A stretch of 64,000 nt of DNA. It comes from Chiloscyllium plagiosum. Its lineage: Eukaryota. The DNA lies in the NCBI RefSeq assembly GCF_004010195.1, contig NC_057750.1, positions 6,784,554-6,848,553 on the forward strand, read 5' to 3'. Position numbers and translations under genes: made by a program. The notes under the pieces are model-generated. The model did not search any database and was not told the origin of the DNA. It worked only from the letters and a program-made list of their open reading frames with translations. Shown piece by piece: positions 50,296-61,845 of the stretch. Positions within the stretch are counted from its first letter, which is position 1, and the number at the start of each line of letters is the position of its first letter.

Positions 50296-50721
50296 TTAAG
50301 AGCAAAGGTAGCCTTGTGTATAATTCACTCCACAGAGAGTTGTACAAACAATTGCCTCAGTGTTACAGCTTTGTGTTACAACTGTTGTAGATAGAACCTC
50401 ACTGAAGAGCTATTCCCTTGGACCCAGGCTGAAATTGAGAGTGTTGACAGGTCATTCAAGCAGAGGAAGATCACATACAAGCCAAACCCCACTGTGTTCA
50501 AGGACCAGAAATATTTCCTTTGCTCATCAGCAAGTACTTGTGAATGCAATGCACCCACAGGCAGAGACAAGGAGGCATATGGTTACTGTTAGAATGATAC
50601 ACCATTTAAGAAAACCAACACTAATTAGGGATTGGTCAACATCACGGATTAGTTTATACGATGTACAGGCACACACACACACACACACAGAAAGGAGACA
50701 TCGTTGGAAAAGGTCAAGTAT

Positions 50722-50914
50722 ACAGGTCATTCTGTATTGGTAACACAAATTCCCTGTAACACGATTGATGAACTGGGGACACTGTTTCTAAAGCAGGAAC
50801 TTTTAAAAACAGGTGTTGGCTGTATTGAGATTACATCATTGACACTAAGCGCTGCTTCTAATGTGCGATTTTTCTCTAATGTGCGAAAGCAATTATCGCG
50901 TTAGAAGAAACTGT
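50722..50914. mobile_element. Possible Tigger-like MITE
   Basis: TA-cagg... / ...aactg-TA ends; TIRs are weak. Confidence 0.35.
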
Positions 50915-51120
50915 ACCCACAACTACTAGTAATCCAGAGGCCCGAATTAAGACGACAATAAGACAGAAGCAGGCCATTCAGCCCATCAAACCTGTTTTGC
51001 CATTCAAGGAGATCAAAACCAATCTAATAACCTTTAGCTCTACTTTCCTGGCTTGCCCACCCCTGCTTTTTAAAAAAATTGGTTTTTCTCAGCCTTGAGT
51101 ATACTTGACATAGCCTAGTT

Positions 51121-51204
51121 TAAAAAAAGCACATCAGGTTATAGTCCAACAGGTGTAATTGGAAGCACTAGCTTTCAGAGCGCTGCTCCTTCATCAGGTG
51201 GTTG
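51121..51204 (-). mobile_element. P1 fragment with hammerhead core, sense to the EML pre-mRNA
   Basis: Minus strand CCTGATGA-A-GGAGC-AGC-GCTCT-GAAA-GCTA. Confidence 0.7.
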
Positions 51205-51319
51205 TCAAACAAATACATGACCTAACCTATACAGCCTTATGGGTTAAAGGATTCTACAGGTTCACTCCACAGACTACAGCATCTGGGAGAGATCCGGTTC
51301 ATGAAAACTGGTCATCACA

Positions 51320-51363
<44 letters not shown>

Positions 51364-52201
51364 ATCATTCACCCATTTGCAGCCTTTACTTGGTCTGGCC
51401 TAGAGGTGAGTCCAGATCTACAGCAATGTGCTTTTTTCTGAAATGGCTACAGCTGAAAACTGCTACACTGTTAGGGTAAACAGCACGGTGGGTTTACACA
51501 TGCCATGGACTTCAATGGTTCAATGTAGCAGCTCACCAACCTGCCGCCCCCCGCCCCCCAAGATTAATTAGGGATAGGCTGCAAACGCTGGCTTAGCCAA
51601 CATTCATATGAAAAGTAAAAGTGACAGATATGGCACTGGGGAACTACAGGCTTGATAGGAAATAATACATTTAAATAAAGTGAGGAGTTTTAGAAATTTC
51701 ACTTCAAACTGTTATTTTTATCATAATAAACTTTTCTTTTGCTTTCAGTTCCTTTTGCCTCTGTACCAGGCCACCGTGTTCTCAACTCTTCATGGCCAGC
51801 CTGGCACAGGAGGGAGGAAAGGCTTTAAAGACACTATTGACACTGTCCCTGATCACAGCATTAGTGACCAGGGAAACAGCGCACTCCCAAAATCATTCAA
51901 ACTATTGACATGCCCATCAAAGCTGAACCTTATTTAGTCTCAAAATCTTAAATACTGGAGGTGGAGAAGAAAATTAAACATGGAAGCAATCCTGCTCTCC
52001 CAGTGAGGTGTCCTGCTCCAGGTGCCCAGCTGAACAGCAGATCCAGAATTGGCCTGTCGAATCAGGTGAAGTCCCACAGCACAACGTGACTCTGAGACAG
52101 TCAGACAGCACAGAAATGGACCCTGTAGTCCCAACAGGCTGTGTCAACCATGTTCCCAAACAAAACTAGTCCCACCTACCTGTATTAGGCCCATATCCCT
52201 C

Positions 52202-52354
52202 CAAGGAGGAAGTGAGGACTGCAGATGCTGGAGATCAGAGTCAAGAAACAGTGGGGCTGGAAAAGCAGCATCCGGGGTGCTCGAAATGTCGACTCTCCTG
52301 CTCCTTGAATGCTACCTGACCGGCTGCATTTTTCTAGCACCACACTCCTTGATG
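52202..52354. mobile_element. P2 fold-back element nested in a CR1 3' end (about 52100-52600)
   Basis: Exact 10-bp TSD catatccctc at 52192-52201 and 52355-52364. Confidence 0.8.
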
Positions 52355-52776
52355 CATATCCCTCAGAGCCTTTCCTATTCATGTACTTATCCAAAATGCC
52401 TTTTAAAACATTGCAACTGTACCTGCATCCACCACTTCCCCAGGAAGTGGATTCCACACTTGAAACACCCGTGTAAAAAAGTTGCCCGTCATGTCAGTTA
52501 TTAAGCCTTTCTCCCCTCATCTTGGATATATGACCCTGGTTTTGAACTCCCCTCCCAGCCAGGGGAAGACTCTTGTCATTCACTTTACCTATGCCTTTTT
52601 CGCCTGTAAATTGAGGAACTTCAACAACCGACTGCACCCCAGTCGTGCCTTCTCAAAAGCGCTAGTGTTATTGCGTTAGAACGGATATGAAAATTAAAGA
52701 GACTCTGCTAGATGTGCCTGCAGCACGATCAACGAGTACCTGGTTTGTACTTAGCAATTACCTGGAGCATGCTTAC

Positions 52777-52844
52777 CTTGCAGTTTGCATTCCCACTGCG
52801 ATAACAGACCCACTGGGATGGAAACCAACTGACTGAGCTGCATC
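52777..52844 (-). CDS. EML2: EML2-like exon 5: DAAQSVGFHPSGSVIAVGMQTA(R)
   Basis: Acceptor tttcttgccag and donor AAG|gtaagc, 68 nt. GFHPSG motif. Confidence 0.88.
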
Positions 52845-52961
52845 CTGGCAAGAAATAAAGGTGGGGGGGGTGCAGGTGGGGATAAACAAAAAAAATATGT
52901 ATAGTAAACCTCAAAATATAACTCATCCATTTCCTTCTGAAAATCAGATATAAGTAGAGCC

Positions 52962-53671
52962 TGTTATGGACCATACCAGACCCCTGCAAATATTTTAAAA
53001 AGGTGGTATCCTGGACCCTAACCTTTTTAGTTTATAAAGACAAATATAAAGCCTTGCATTCCAGATGCAACTGGACTACTCCACATTAAGCAAGACACAA
53101 ATTTATTCAAACGCTAGTTAAAACAAAAACAAAAAAGGAGGAAGAACTTGAAATAATAGATACAGTAATTTTGCGTTCCAGATGCAACTGGACTACTCCA
53201 CATTAAGCAAGACACAAATTTATTCAAACGCTAGTTAAAACAAAAACAACAAAAAAGGAGGAAGAACTTGAAATAATAGATACAGTAATTATTACTAATT
53301 AACTGTTCCAATATAGTACCATCCCATAAACACACCCCTTGGCAAAAAGGCAAATTCAGACACAGATTGTCTCACATGTAATCCAGCAGAATAAAAGCAC
53401 CAAGTGGAAACTCCGTAGCAGTAAGGAGACATTTACTGCAGCTTCCAACTCTGCTGAGACCCCAGCAGCAACTGCTGCCTAATCTTCAAAGCTAACTAAA
53501 AATCCTTGGTCTAAGACAGCTTGACCACACCCCTTCAGGCTGCTTCTATTGTTCCAACTTTAATAAGCCCTCAAGGCCCCACAAATTGTCTATCTTCTCA
53601 CAGACCTGTCCCCCAATCTCTCTAAAAGAAAACAGGACAAAAACACACCTCAAAGCCACAGTATCATCACA
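52962..53671 (+). mobile_element. Solo-LTR-like element with an internal ~117-bp tandem duplication (53054-53170 / 53171-53290)
   Basis: TGTTATG...CATCACA termini; 5' end related to the 3155-3956 element. Confidence 0.55.
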
Positions 53672-54624
53672 GGATCAAGACAGCACTTTGCAAAACGTTA
53701 AGCACGCGCATCTTTATGTTGCCAGTTTATCAAACGTGAAGGCCACCATGAACATCTTGGGATTGAGTCTCTTGTCCTATTGCTTTCTGACCAGGTTGTT
53801 ATGTGCGAATTTGCGTGCGGAGGAATATCTCAAGAATTAGCAGGAGTTGACCCCATGGCTCCTAGAGCCCACTCGAATATTCAAAATGATATGACCAACA
53901 CCTTAACTCAACCTTCCCGCCTCCTCCCTTGGCTCCCTGAAGGGCCGAGAGAGGGTGTCTGAATCACTGCCTCAAGAAGTTTTCAATCATGGAGCAGAAA
54001 CAAATCTGAGGAGGTGGAGGAGGAGAGAACTCCAAAATATTCACAACCTTTTCAGGGACATCGTTTCTCCCCCTTTTGGTCCTAACCGACCAGTCCTTCA
54101 TCTGGAGACTGCGGACCCCTGTTCTAAATTTCCCAGTGGGTGGGGAGAGCACTGTTCCTCAGCGTCTACCCTGAGAAGACCCTTCACTCAACCAAACCCC
54201 CAGAGGTCAGTCACATTTACTCACCCACATGACAGGAGACCCCCCTCACTGAAGTTGTCGTGTAATATATACAGTTACCGACAGTGACATCACAAGGACT
54301 ATTCTCAGCATTTAAATAAAGCCATTAGAGGTAGCGGCAGAAGTAGGCCATTTAGCCCACTGAGACTATCCCGCTGTCCAATGACATCATGGCTGATCTG
54401 ATAATCCTCAACTCCACTTTCCCACCCAACCCTTAAGCGAAATCAACCCTTAGCTAGATCGTACAATCGAGTTCTGGAGGAGGGTTACTGGACCTGAAAC
54501 ATTAACTCTGCTTTCTCTCCAGAGGTTTAGACTGGTGGAGTTTTGCTGATTTTGTTTCCAAGTACAATTACTGACCTGACTCTGGAAATGGCAGGTCAAA
54601 AGGAAAAAGCAAGAAAAAAAAACG

Positions 54625-55120
54625 TCAGAGCACAGGAACCAACTCTTCCATTCAACCAGTCCATGCCGACCATAATCCCAAACTAAACTAGTCCCACCTG
54701 CCTGCTCCTGGCCCATATGCCCCCCCAAACCTTTCCTATTCACGTACCAATACAAATATCTTTTAAGCGTTGTGACTGTACTAGCATCCACCATTTCCTC
54801 TAGAACTGTGAACAGTGTAAAAAAAGAAATTGCCTCTTGTGTCCTTTCTCTGCTTACCTTAAAAATATGCCCCCCCCGCCAATTTTGAACTCCTCCCATC
54901 CTAGGGAAGAGGTTCTCCTTATCCTTGCCCCTCATGGTTTTATAAGCCTCTATAAAAGGTCACCCCTCAGCCTCCTAACCCCCAGTGAAAAAAGTCCCAG
55001 TCTCTCCTTATTACTCAAACTGGTAAATCTTTTCTGAACCCTCCCCAGCTTAATAATATCCTTCCTATAACAGGGCAACCAGAACTGTACACAGTACTGC
55101 AGAAGAGGCCTCACCCATAT
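54625..55120 (-). mobile_element. CR1 3' end
   Basis: [28 protein letters not shown]. Confidence 0.8.
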
Positions 55121-55142
55121 TATCACCTTCCACTGTATAATC

Positions 55143-55470
55143 AAAGCATTTTACAGACAACCGCACAGTTTCCATCTCAGAATCATAACAGGCAATTTAC
55201 AGACAGCAAGCTCCAACATTTAGAAAGATGATAATACCCAAGCACCTCCCTGCAATTTTTCAAAATAGTGATGGTAGTATCTTTTACATTCCCCAGACCT
55301 CAGAGGCTAGATGTCTGCTTTCATGCCTGACAGCACATCAGACACAGCAGCTTTCCCTCAGAATTATCACTGGAGGGTTAGGCTAGATTAATTGTCCATT
55401 TTGGTTTAAATCAGAGTAGGACGTGAACCGACAGCAGACTGAGACGAGAGCATTACCACTTGCTCACACC
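55143..55470 (-). mobile_element. Old Deu-domain SINE (SacSINE1/AmnSINE1-like) remnant
   Basis: caaaatagtg..atcttttacat..gacagcac..ttccctcag..cactggag..ctagatt resembles the recalled Deu-domain consensus. Confidence 0.5.
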
Positions 55471-55977
55471 TTTTTACTGGTGGGTACCTGGACTCCAGGT
55501 GCCTGGTTATTTCTTTCCTTTATGCTGCCATGTGATGGGGGAATTGTTGGAAAGGCTAACATTTGTAGCAGACCCCTAACTGAACTTGAACAGTGGCCTG
55601 CCGGGGTTATTTCGGATGGCAGTTAAGAATCAAATCCCATTGCTGTGGGTTTGGAGATAAATGTAGGCTGGGCCCAAATAAGTACAGACAACTTCCTATT
55701 CTCAAAAGAAAAAAAAAAGTGAACCAAATTAGTTTTTACAACAATTAATAGCATTACCCAGTCATTATGACAGAGACTACCTTCATAATTCCAGATTTAC
55801 TAACTGAATTCACATTCAGATGTGGTGGGATTTGAACCAAAGGGGGTTAGACTGGACCCTTCCAGATTTACTGCAGCATCAGCACCATCTACACCTTCGT
55901 CACCAGCTGCCTAGCACTGCACATCTGAGCCCTAGTGATAAAGTAAAGTAATGACTTGTACTTTCTCAGTGACTTAC

Positions 55978-56109
55978 ATCGAGAATCTTACTCCAGACTG
56001 GCTGGTGTGACTTGGAGTCCCAGAAATGGATCAACTTGTCTTGCCCACATGTCACAAACCTGTCCTCACCCGGGTGTGCAGAGAGTCCCCACAGCTCATC
56101 AGTATGACC
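55978..56109 (-). CDS. EML2: EML2-like exon 4: GHTDELWGLSAHPGEDRFVTCGQDKLIHFWDSKSHQPVWSKILD
   Basis: Acceptor ttcctccgcag and donor GAT|gtaagt, 132 nt. WD40 GH...WD repeat. FVTCGQDKL and SHQP resemble EML2 more than EML1 or EML4. Confidence 0.9.
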
Positions 56110-56324
56110 CTGCGGAGGAAGAGTAACACCATGACACAAGAATCAAGTAGGGGGTTAGCATACACCTTCATCCTGAGAAACAGAAAGGCTTAAGTTTGTC
56201 CCCACACACCATTCAGTCTCTGGTCTAGAACAGGAGCAAAAAACAAAAAAAAAATGAACATATGATTTTTTTAATATCTTTGAGGAACAGCCAAAGAGGA
56301 GGATTCTGAAAAGAAATAGCTGGT

Positions 56325-56935
56325 CAAAGATGTACAGCATGGAAAGAGACCCTTCGGTCCAACTCGTCCATGCTGACCAGATATCCTAACTTACTCTAGT
56401 CCCATTTGCCAGCCCCTGGCCCATATCCCTCTAAACCCTTCCTATTCATATACCCACCCAGATGCCTTCTGAATGCTATAATTGTATCAGCCTCCACCAC
56501 TTCCTCCTGCAGCTCATTCCATGCTCAGCAAGAAGTTGCCCCTCAAGTTCCCTTTTAAATATTTCTCCTTTCATCTTAAAGGGTATGCCCTCTAGTTTTG
56601 GACCCCCCTACCCGGAGAAAGAAAAATGACCTTGGCTATTCACACACCTCATGATTTTTATAAATCTCTAAAGGTTCCCTCCTCAGCCTCTGACACTCCA
56701 GGGAAAACAACCCCAGCCTATTCAATCACTCCCTATTGCTGAAACCCTCCAACCCTGGCAACCACCTTGTAAATCTTTTCTGAACCCTTTCAACATCCTT
56801 CCTATAGCAGGGAGGGCAGAATTGAACAGCTTTTCAAAAGTGGCCTAACCAATGTCTTGTATAGCTGCAACATGACCTCCCAACCCCTATACTCAATGCT
56901 CTAACCAATAAAGGAGAGTGTACCAAACATCATCT
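56325..56935 (-). mobile_element. CR1 3' end
   Basis: Standard CR1 3' motifs. Confidence 0.8.
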
Positions 56936-56942
56936 TGCCAGT

Positions 56943-57370
56943 GATGCTGCCTGACCTGCTGTGCTTTTCCAGCACCACTCTAATCTAGACTCTGGTTTCC
57001 AGCATCTGCAGTCCTTGTTTTTACCTAGTTGATTTTAACCCTACTGCGAATCCTCTTGCAAGGATGCCTGCCTTGAAGAAGTTTTCCTCCTCTCTCTACA
57101 AGAATCTGAGTGTCTCTCTCTCAATGGTCATCTCCTCTGCCCTGAAGCTCTTCAACCATGTCTTCTCTGACCCATCACCTCCATCCCCACCCCCATTCGC
57201 CTATTGTACTCTATGCTACTTTCTCCCCACCCCCACTCTTATCTTTCCACTCTGCAGGCTCCCAGCCTCATTCCTGATGAAGGGCTTTTGCCTGAAACGT
57301 CGATTTCCCTGCTCCTCGGATGCTGCCTGACCTGCTGTGCTTTTCCAGCACCGCTCTGATCTAGACTCTG
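56943..57370 (+). mobile_element. Internally deleted P2-family PLE with direct terminal repeats; hammerhead core at 57274-57301
   Basis: gatgctgcctgacctgctgtgcttttccagcacc..tctagactctg at both ends; CTGATGA-A-GGGC-TTTT-GCCT-GAAA-CGTC. Confidence 0.75.
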
Positions 57371-58507
57371 TGCCTCCTCTGTCAAGGATCATGATTGGCC
57401 CATTTTTCCAAATGACTGGTCATGGCAACTATTTACTTCCTGCCCTCACTCCCCACATCTAGTGGGGACATATATTTCACGGTAGGCAAGAATAAACAAT
57501 TATACTGCACCTTGCAGAGTGAAAAGGTTACCAAAAGGTACTTCATTGGGGCTTTCGAAAATTAAACACGACACTGACAAAAAGAAATATTTGGAATTTT
57601 GGGCATCTGATTTTTTTTTTTAAAAAAAAAAGAGACATTTTAAAGAAAAAGTCTTGAAGAAAACAAAAAAAAAGGACAGAAAGAGAGATAGACAGGTGGA
57701 GGGAGAGATAGACAGGTGAACTCCAGAGCATGGGCCTCAGGGAACTGAAGGCACAGTGACTGGTGGTGGATGCTCACGAGGCCAAGATTGGGGAAGAGCT
57801 GAGATTTCAGAGGGCGAGGAAAAACACAAAGATAGGCTACAGTGATTTGAAAACAAGCATGAGAACTTTACAATTGGAACCACTGTTCAAAGGGCCTAGG
57901 CAGATCAGCGAGCACTGGGTGGGTGGGGGTCGGGGCGGGGGGGGGGATGTTGGGAGAGAGTAAAACAGAACATGGCACAAACTAAAGGCACTGTTTTGAT
58001 TACCTTCACTTCAGAGAATCAGAGGACACTGAAGTCATACAAAAACAAACCCACTGGTAAAAATCGTCTTTCTTCTTCAAAACGCTCAGAGCCAGCACAG
58101 GAGCTAACTAGGACCAGGTGTTTCATTTAACATGAATTCGCTTTATGGTTGTGGCCCGTAGCTCAGTGACACCCTCCATACAGTAGCCCCTTCACCCTTC
58201 GTTCCTCTTCCAGCATTGTTCCTTTAAAAAAGTGTTACACACTGCCCAATTAAAACAACCTCACCATCTTGCCTCAGCACCTTGGGAAAGCAGTCGACAC
58301 TCAACCCTTTTCGCCAACCTCCCTCTCAACCAGCATTCATTCATTAGCTGCCTGAAGCATACCAGAGTACCAAAGATGCTACGCTGACTGCAGTTAAAAA
58401 AAAAGTCTTTTCCCCCCCAGGACAGAGAGCTAAAGACAATCAACATGAAAAAGGGTGAGGGGAGGGTAAAATAAAAAGGATTTTGTTCAACATTTGCAGT
58501 TTCTTAC

Positions 58508-58633
58508 TTGTACAATAGGGCAGTATCCCCCGCTCAGTGTGCCTTGGAGGATGCAGTTCCTCGTTGTGCCAATAAATAATCCATCACCTTTTCCTTCTGC
58601 AATTGTCCTCACCGGGCCAAAGGCCTCAGGGAT
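58508..58633 (-). CDS. EML2: EML2-like exon 3: IPEAFGPVRTIAEGKGDGLFIGTTRNCILQGTLSGGYCPIVQ
   Basis: Acceptor aacacag and donor CAA|gtaaga, 126 nt, phase 0-0. Not in the ORF track; translated by hand. Confidence 0.9.
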
Positions 58634-59379
58634 CTGTGTTTAATAAAAACAAATACGCAAGACAGACATTAAGGGAAACACAATTTGGATGCACCGGTGT
58701 CATCTAATAGTTGGAAGCAGAGTTATCAGGGTCATTTAAGCGACTGCTGGATATGCATGTGGATAGCAGTGAATTGAGGGGTGCGTAGATTAAATTATTT
58801 TATATTAGGATTAAATCTCGGCACAACATCGTGGGCCAAATGGCCTGTTCTGTGCTGTACTTTTCTATCTATGTTTAGCCTCTCCAGAATCAGTCAATCC
58901 ATTACAGAAGGAACGTAGCGAGGTTTACACCACACCCAAAAAAAAAGGAGACTATTCAGCCCATCATATTCACACTAACTGGAAACAAGTGGTCCTGCCC
59001 AAAACTCAGCTTCCAGTTCTTGGCCTATAGCACCCTGACAGGGACAGCACCTCAAATCCACATCTAAAGCAGTTTTCTTTATATAATGATGAGGGTTTCC
59101 ACATTCCAGGCAGTGAGCTCCAAGCCTCCACCATCCTGTGGATTTCCAAGTTCCCTCTAACCACAGGAGATACACAGTCTCAGGATAAAGGGTCAAATCA
59201 TTTAGGATCGAGGAGGAGAAATTACTTTATTCCAAAAAAAAAAGGTTGTCTCTCTTTGGAGCTCAAGCACAAAAGGCTGTGGAGTCTCCATCACTGATAG
59301 AGAAAAGGATTTTGGTATCTCACGGAATGGCAAATATTGACTTTAAAGCTGCCCTCATATGGGGCAAGTTTGGTCTCAC

Positions 59380-59593
59380 AGGAGACAGTGAGGACTGCAA
59401 ATGCCAGCGATCAGTAAAAAGTGTGGGGTGCTGGAAAAGCACAGCAGGTCAGGCAGCTTTGGAGGAGCAGGAGAGTTGACATTTCAGGCAAAAGCTCTTC
59501 ATCAGGAATGAGGTTATGCTTGAAACATTGACTCTCCTGCCCCTCAGATGCTGCCTGAGCGGCTGTGCTTTTCCAGCACCACACTCTTAGACT
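59380..59593. mobile_element. P2 fold-back element
   Basis: Inverted arms with a one-sided tail. Confidence 0.8.
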
Positions 59594-59700
59594 GAGGTTA
59601 GTCACAGGGAGACCCACAGTGGCTCGTCAGCAAGGTTACCCCAGAGGGAACCTGCCATCCCAGAGTTGAATCGGAGCACTGAAACGGGCTTCCTAATCAC

Positions 59701-59855
59701 CTCGGTTTCCTGGACCTTGTGGTACTGCCTGTCCCAGAGGATGACTTTGCGATCTTTCCCTCCACCGGACACAAGAGTCCCATCATTCAGCACGCAGAGG
59801 CTGAAAATGCCACCTTCGTGAGCCCCCTGAACCGCTGAGCTGATCCGGTTAGTTC
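59701..59855 (-). CDS. EML2: EML2-like exon 2: (G)TNRISSAVQGAHEGGIFSLCVLNDGTLVSGGGKDRKVILWDRQYHKVQETE
   Basis: Acceptor tttttgcag and donor GAG|gtgatt, 155 nt. Phase is compatible with both neighbours. EML motifs AHEGGIF and VSGGGKDR. Confidence 0.9.
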
Positions 59856-60542
59856 CTGCAAAAAAAAAAGAGAGAGAGATGAACCACATAGCAGGGAGGA
59901 TAAACCATTTAGCAGAAACCAGGGGACTGCAAATAAGAAAGAAAGAGTGGGTAAAAGAGAATTAAATGTTAATCTATACCCTCCGAAAACAGGATGCACC
60001 ACAGAAACATCTTGTTCCAATGTTTAAAAAAAAGCTGAAAAAGACATTTAGTTAAAATTGCCTGAATTTGCTGTTGGGGTTTTAGTCATTGAAGTGAGAA
60101 CATCTTTCTCATTGATGGTCTATAATTTAAGAGGAGACGTCTTATCAGAATGCCTCTACCTTCTCCTCAGAGGGAGAGGAACCCCATTTCTGCTTTATCT
60201 TGGGACTTTAAGCCAGTTCTGCTCCCTGGCTGTGGAAGAACTCCGGTCTGGGGCATCACTGGGATGTTTCCCCATATTAAAACAAGCAGCAGGCAGCCTA
60301 GGAGGAGTGCAAGTAAGACTTTTCAGCTACATAGGTAAAGCACAATCTTAATTTACAGCCATATCAAGTAGATGCCCAACCCCAATACCTTACTGTCCAA
60401 GTCAAAATGTGGGGCACTGGGACAGCACAACAGGTCAGGCAGCACCTTACTGTCCAAGTCAGCCACCCTGTCACTTGCTCGTTCTAGACTGGTATCTTCT
60501 CTTACTGATGAAAGTCAAGTGATCAGCTGCAGGCATTAACAT

Positions 60543-60985
60543 GGGGCAGCACAGTGGCTAGCACTGCTGCCTCACAGTGCCAGGGGCCTGGGTTCGATTC
60601 CCACCTCAGGCAACTGCCTGTGTGATGTTTGCACATTCTCCCAGTGTCTGTGTGGGTTTCCTCCCACAGTCCAAAGATGTGCAGGTTAGGAGAATTGGCT
60701 GTGCTAAATTGCCTAGTAGATTAGATTAGATTACATTACAGTATGGAAACAGGCCCAACAAGTCCACACCGACCCGCCAAAGCGTAACCCACCCATACCC
60801 CTACATTTACCCCTTACCTGCACATCTTTGGACTGTGGGAGGAAACCGGAGCACCCGGAGGAAACCCACGCAGACCCGGGGTGTTAGGTGTATTAGTCAT
60901 GGGTAAACGTAGGGGAATGGATTACTCTTCAGAGATGTGGTGTGGGCTTGTTGAGCTGAAGACCCTGTTTCCATACTGTAGGCAA
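60543..60985 (+). mobile_element. HE1 SINE with an antisense HE1 fragment nested at about 60717-60880
   Basis: Read directly in both orientations. Confidence 0.85.
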
Positions 60986-61577
60986 TCATTTACATGATCC
61001 TCATTATACTCAAATTATGGGCACCCTTGTCCGAAAAGTAGAAGTTGGGATTGGTCACAGAGAGCAACAACTGATGGCAACTTTAACCTGAGTGTCAACA
61101 TGCCTCAGATGAGGGCTGAGATTTAGAAGGCAGGATCTTGAAGGTAAGCTCAACTGGAGAGAGAGCTGAACCCACACTGTTGGCATCACTGTTGTAAGCC
61201 AGCTGTCTAGCTAACTGGCACTTCCTCTCCTCCACCTTTGTAGTAATCAGCTGTTCAATAATAGCATGACTGATCTGCAGCACAACTCCATCCACCAGGC
61301 TTGGGTCCATGATCCTTAAAAACTCTTGAGCCCAAAATCCCACTGTTAAAGCATTTCATGTCTTCCTCTCCCAGTCAGGATCATAAGTTTCCACTTCCCG
61401 TGTTGGTATATGGGATACACCATGGTTGGCTGTCCTATGTGATGGTGATGCCTCTTAGTCCTGGACTCACTCCAACCCCATGAAGAGGCAACACTTTCTC
61501 TCTATATCTAACCAAACTCCTTAAATACACATACGCACATCAAGGGGACTGCCCCTCAAGGTCATACAATTCAGGAA

Positions 61578-61845
61578 CAAGTTTAGGGTGAGAGGGGAAA
61601 GGTTTAAAAGGGACCTAAGGGGCATCATTTTCACAGAGGGTGGTGCGTGTGTGGAATGAGCGGCCAGAGGAAGTGGTGGAGGCTGGTACAATGACAACAT
61701 TTAAAAGGCATCTGGATGGGTATATGAATAGGAAGGGTTTGGAGGGATATAGGCCAAGTGCTGGAAAATGGAACTAGATTAATGTAGGAAAGCTGATTGA
61801 TGTGGGCTGGTTAGACTGAAGGGTTTCCATGCTGTACATCTCTGA
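61578..61845 (+). mobile_element. CR1 3' end
   Basis: WNE.PEEVVEAG..FKRHLD region and tail. Confidence 0.8.

Noticed and set aside
60050..60385. Possible decayed Tigger transposase N-terminus or alternative EML exon
   Set aside because: Similarity is too faint, there are stops in the frames examined, and splice sites are not convincing.
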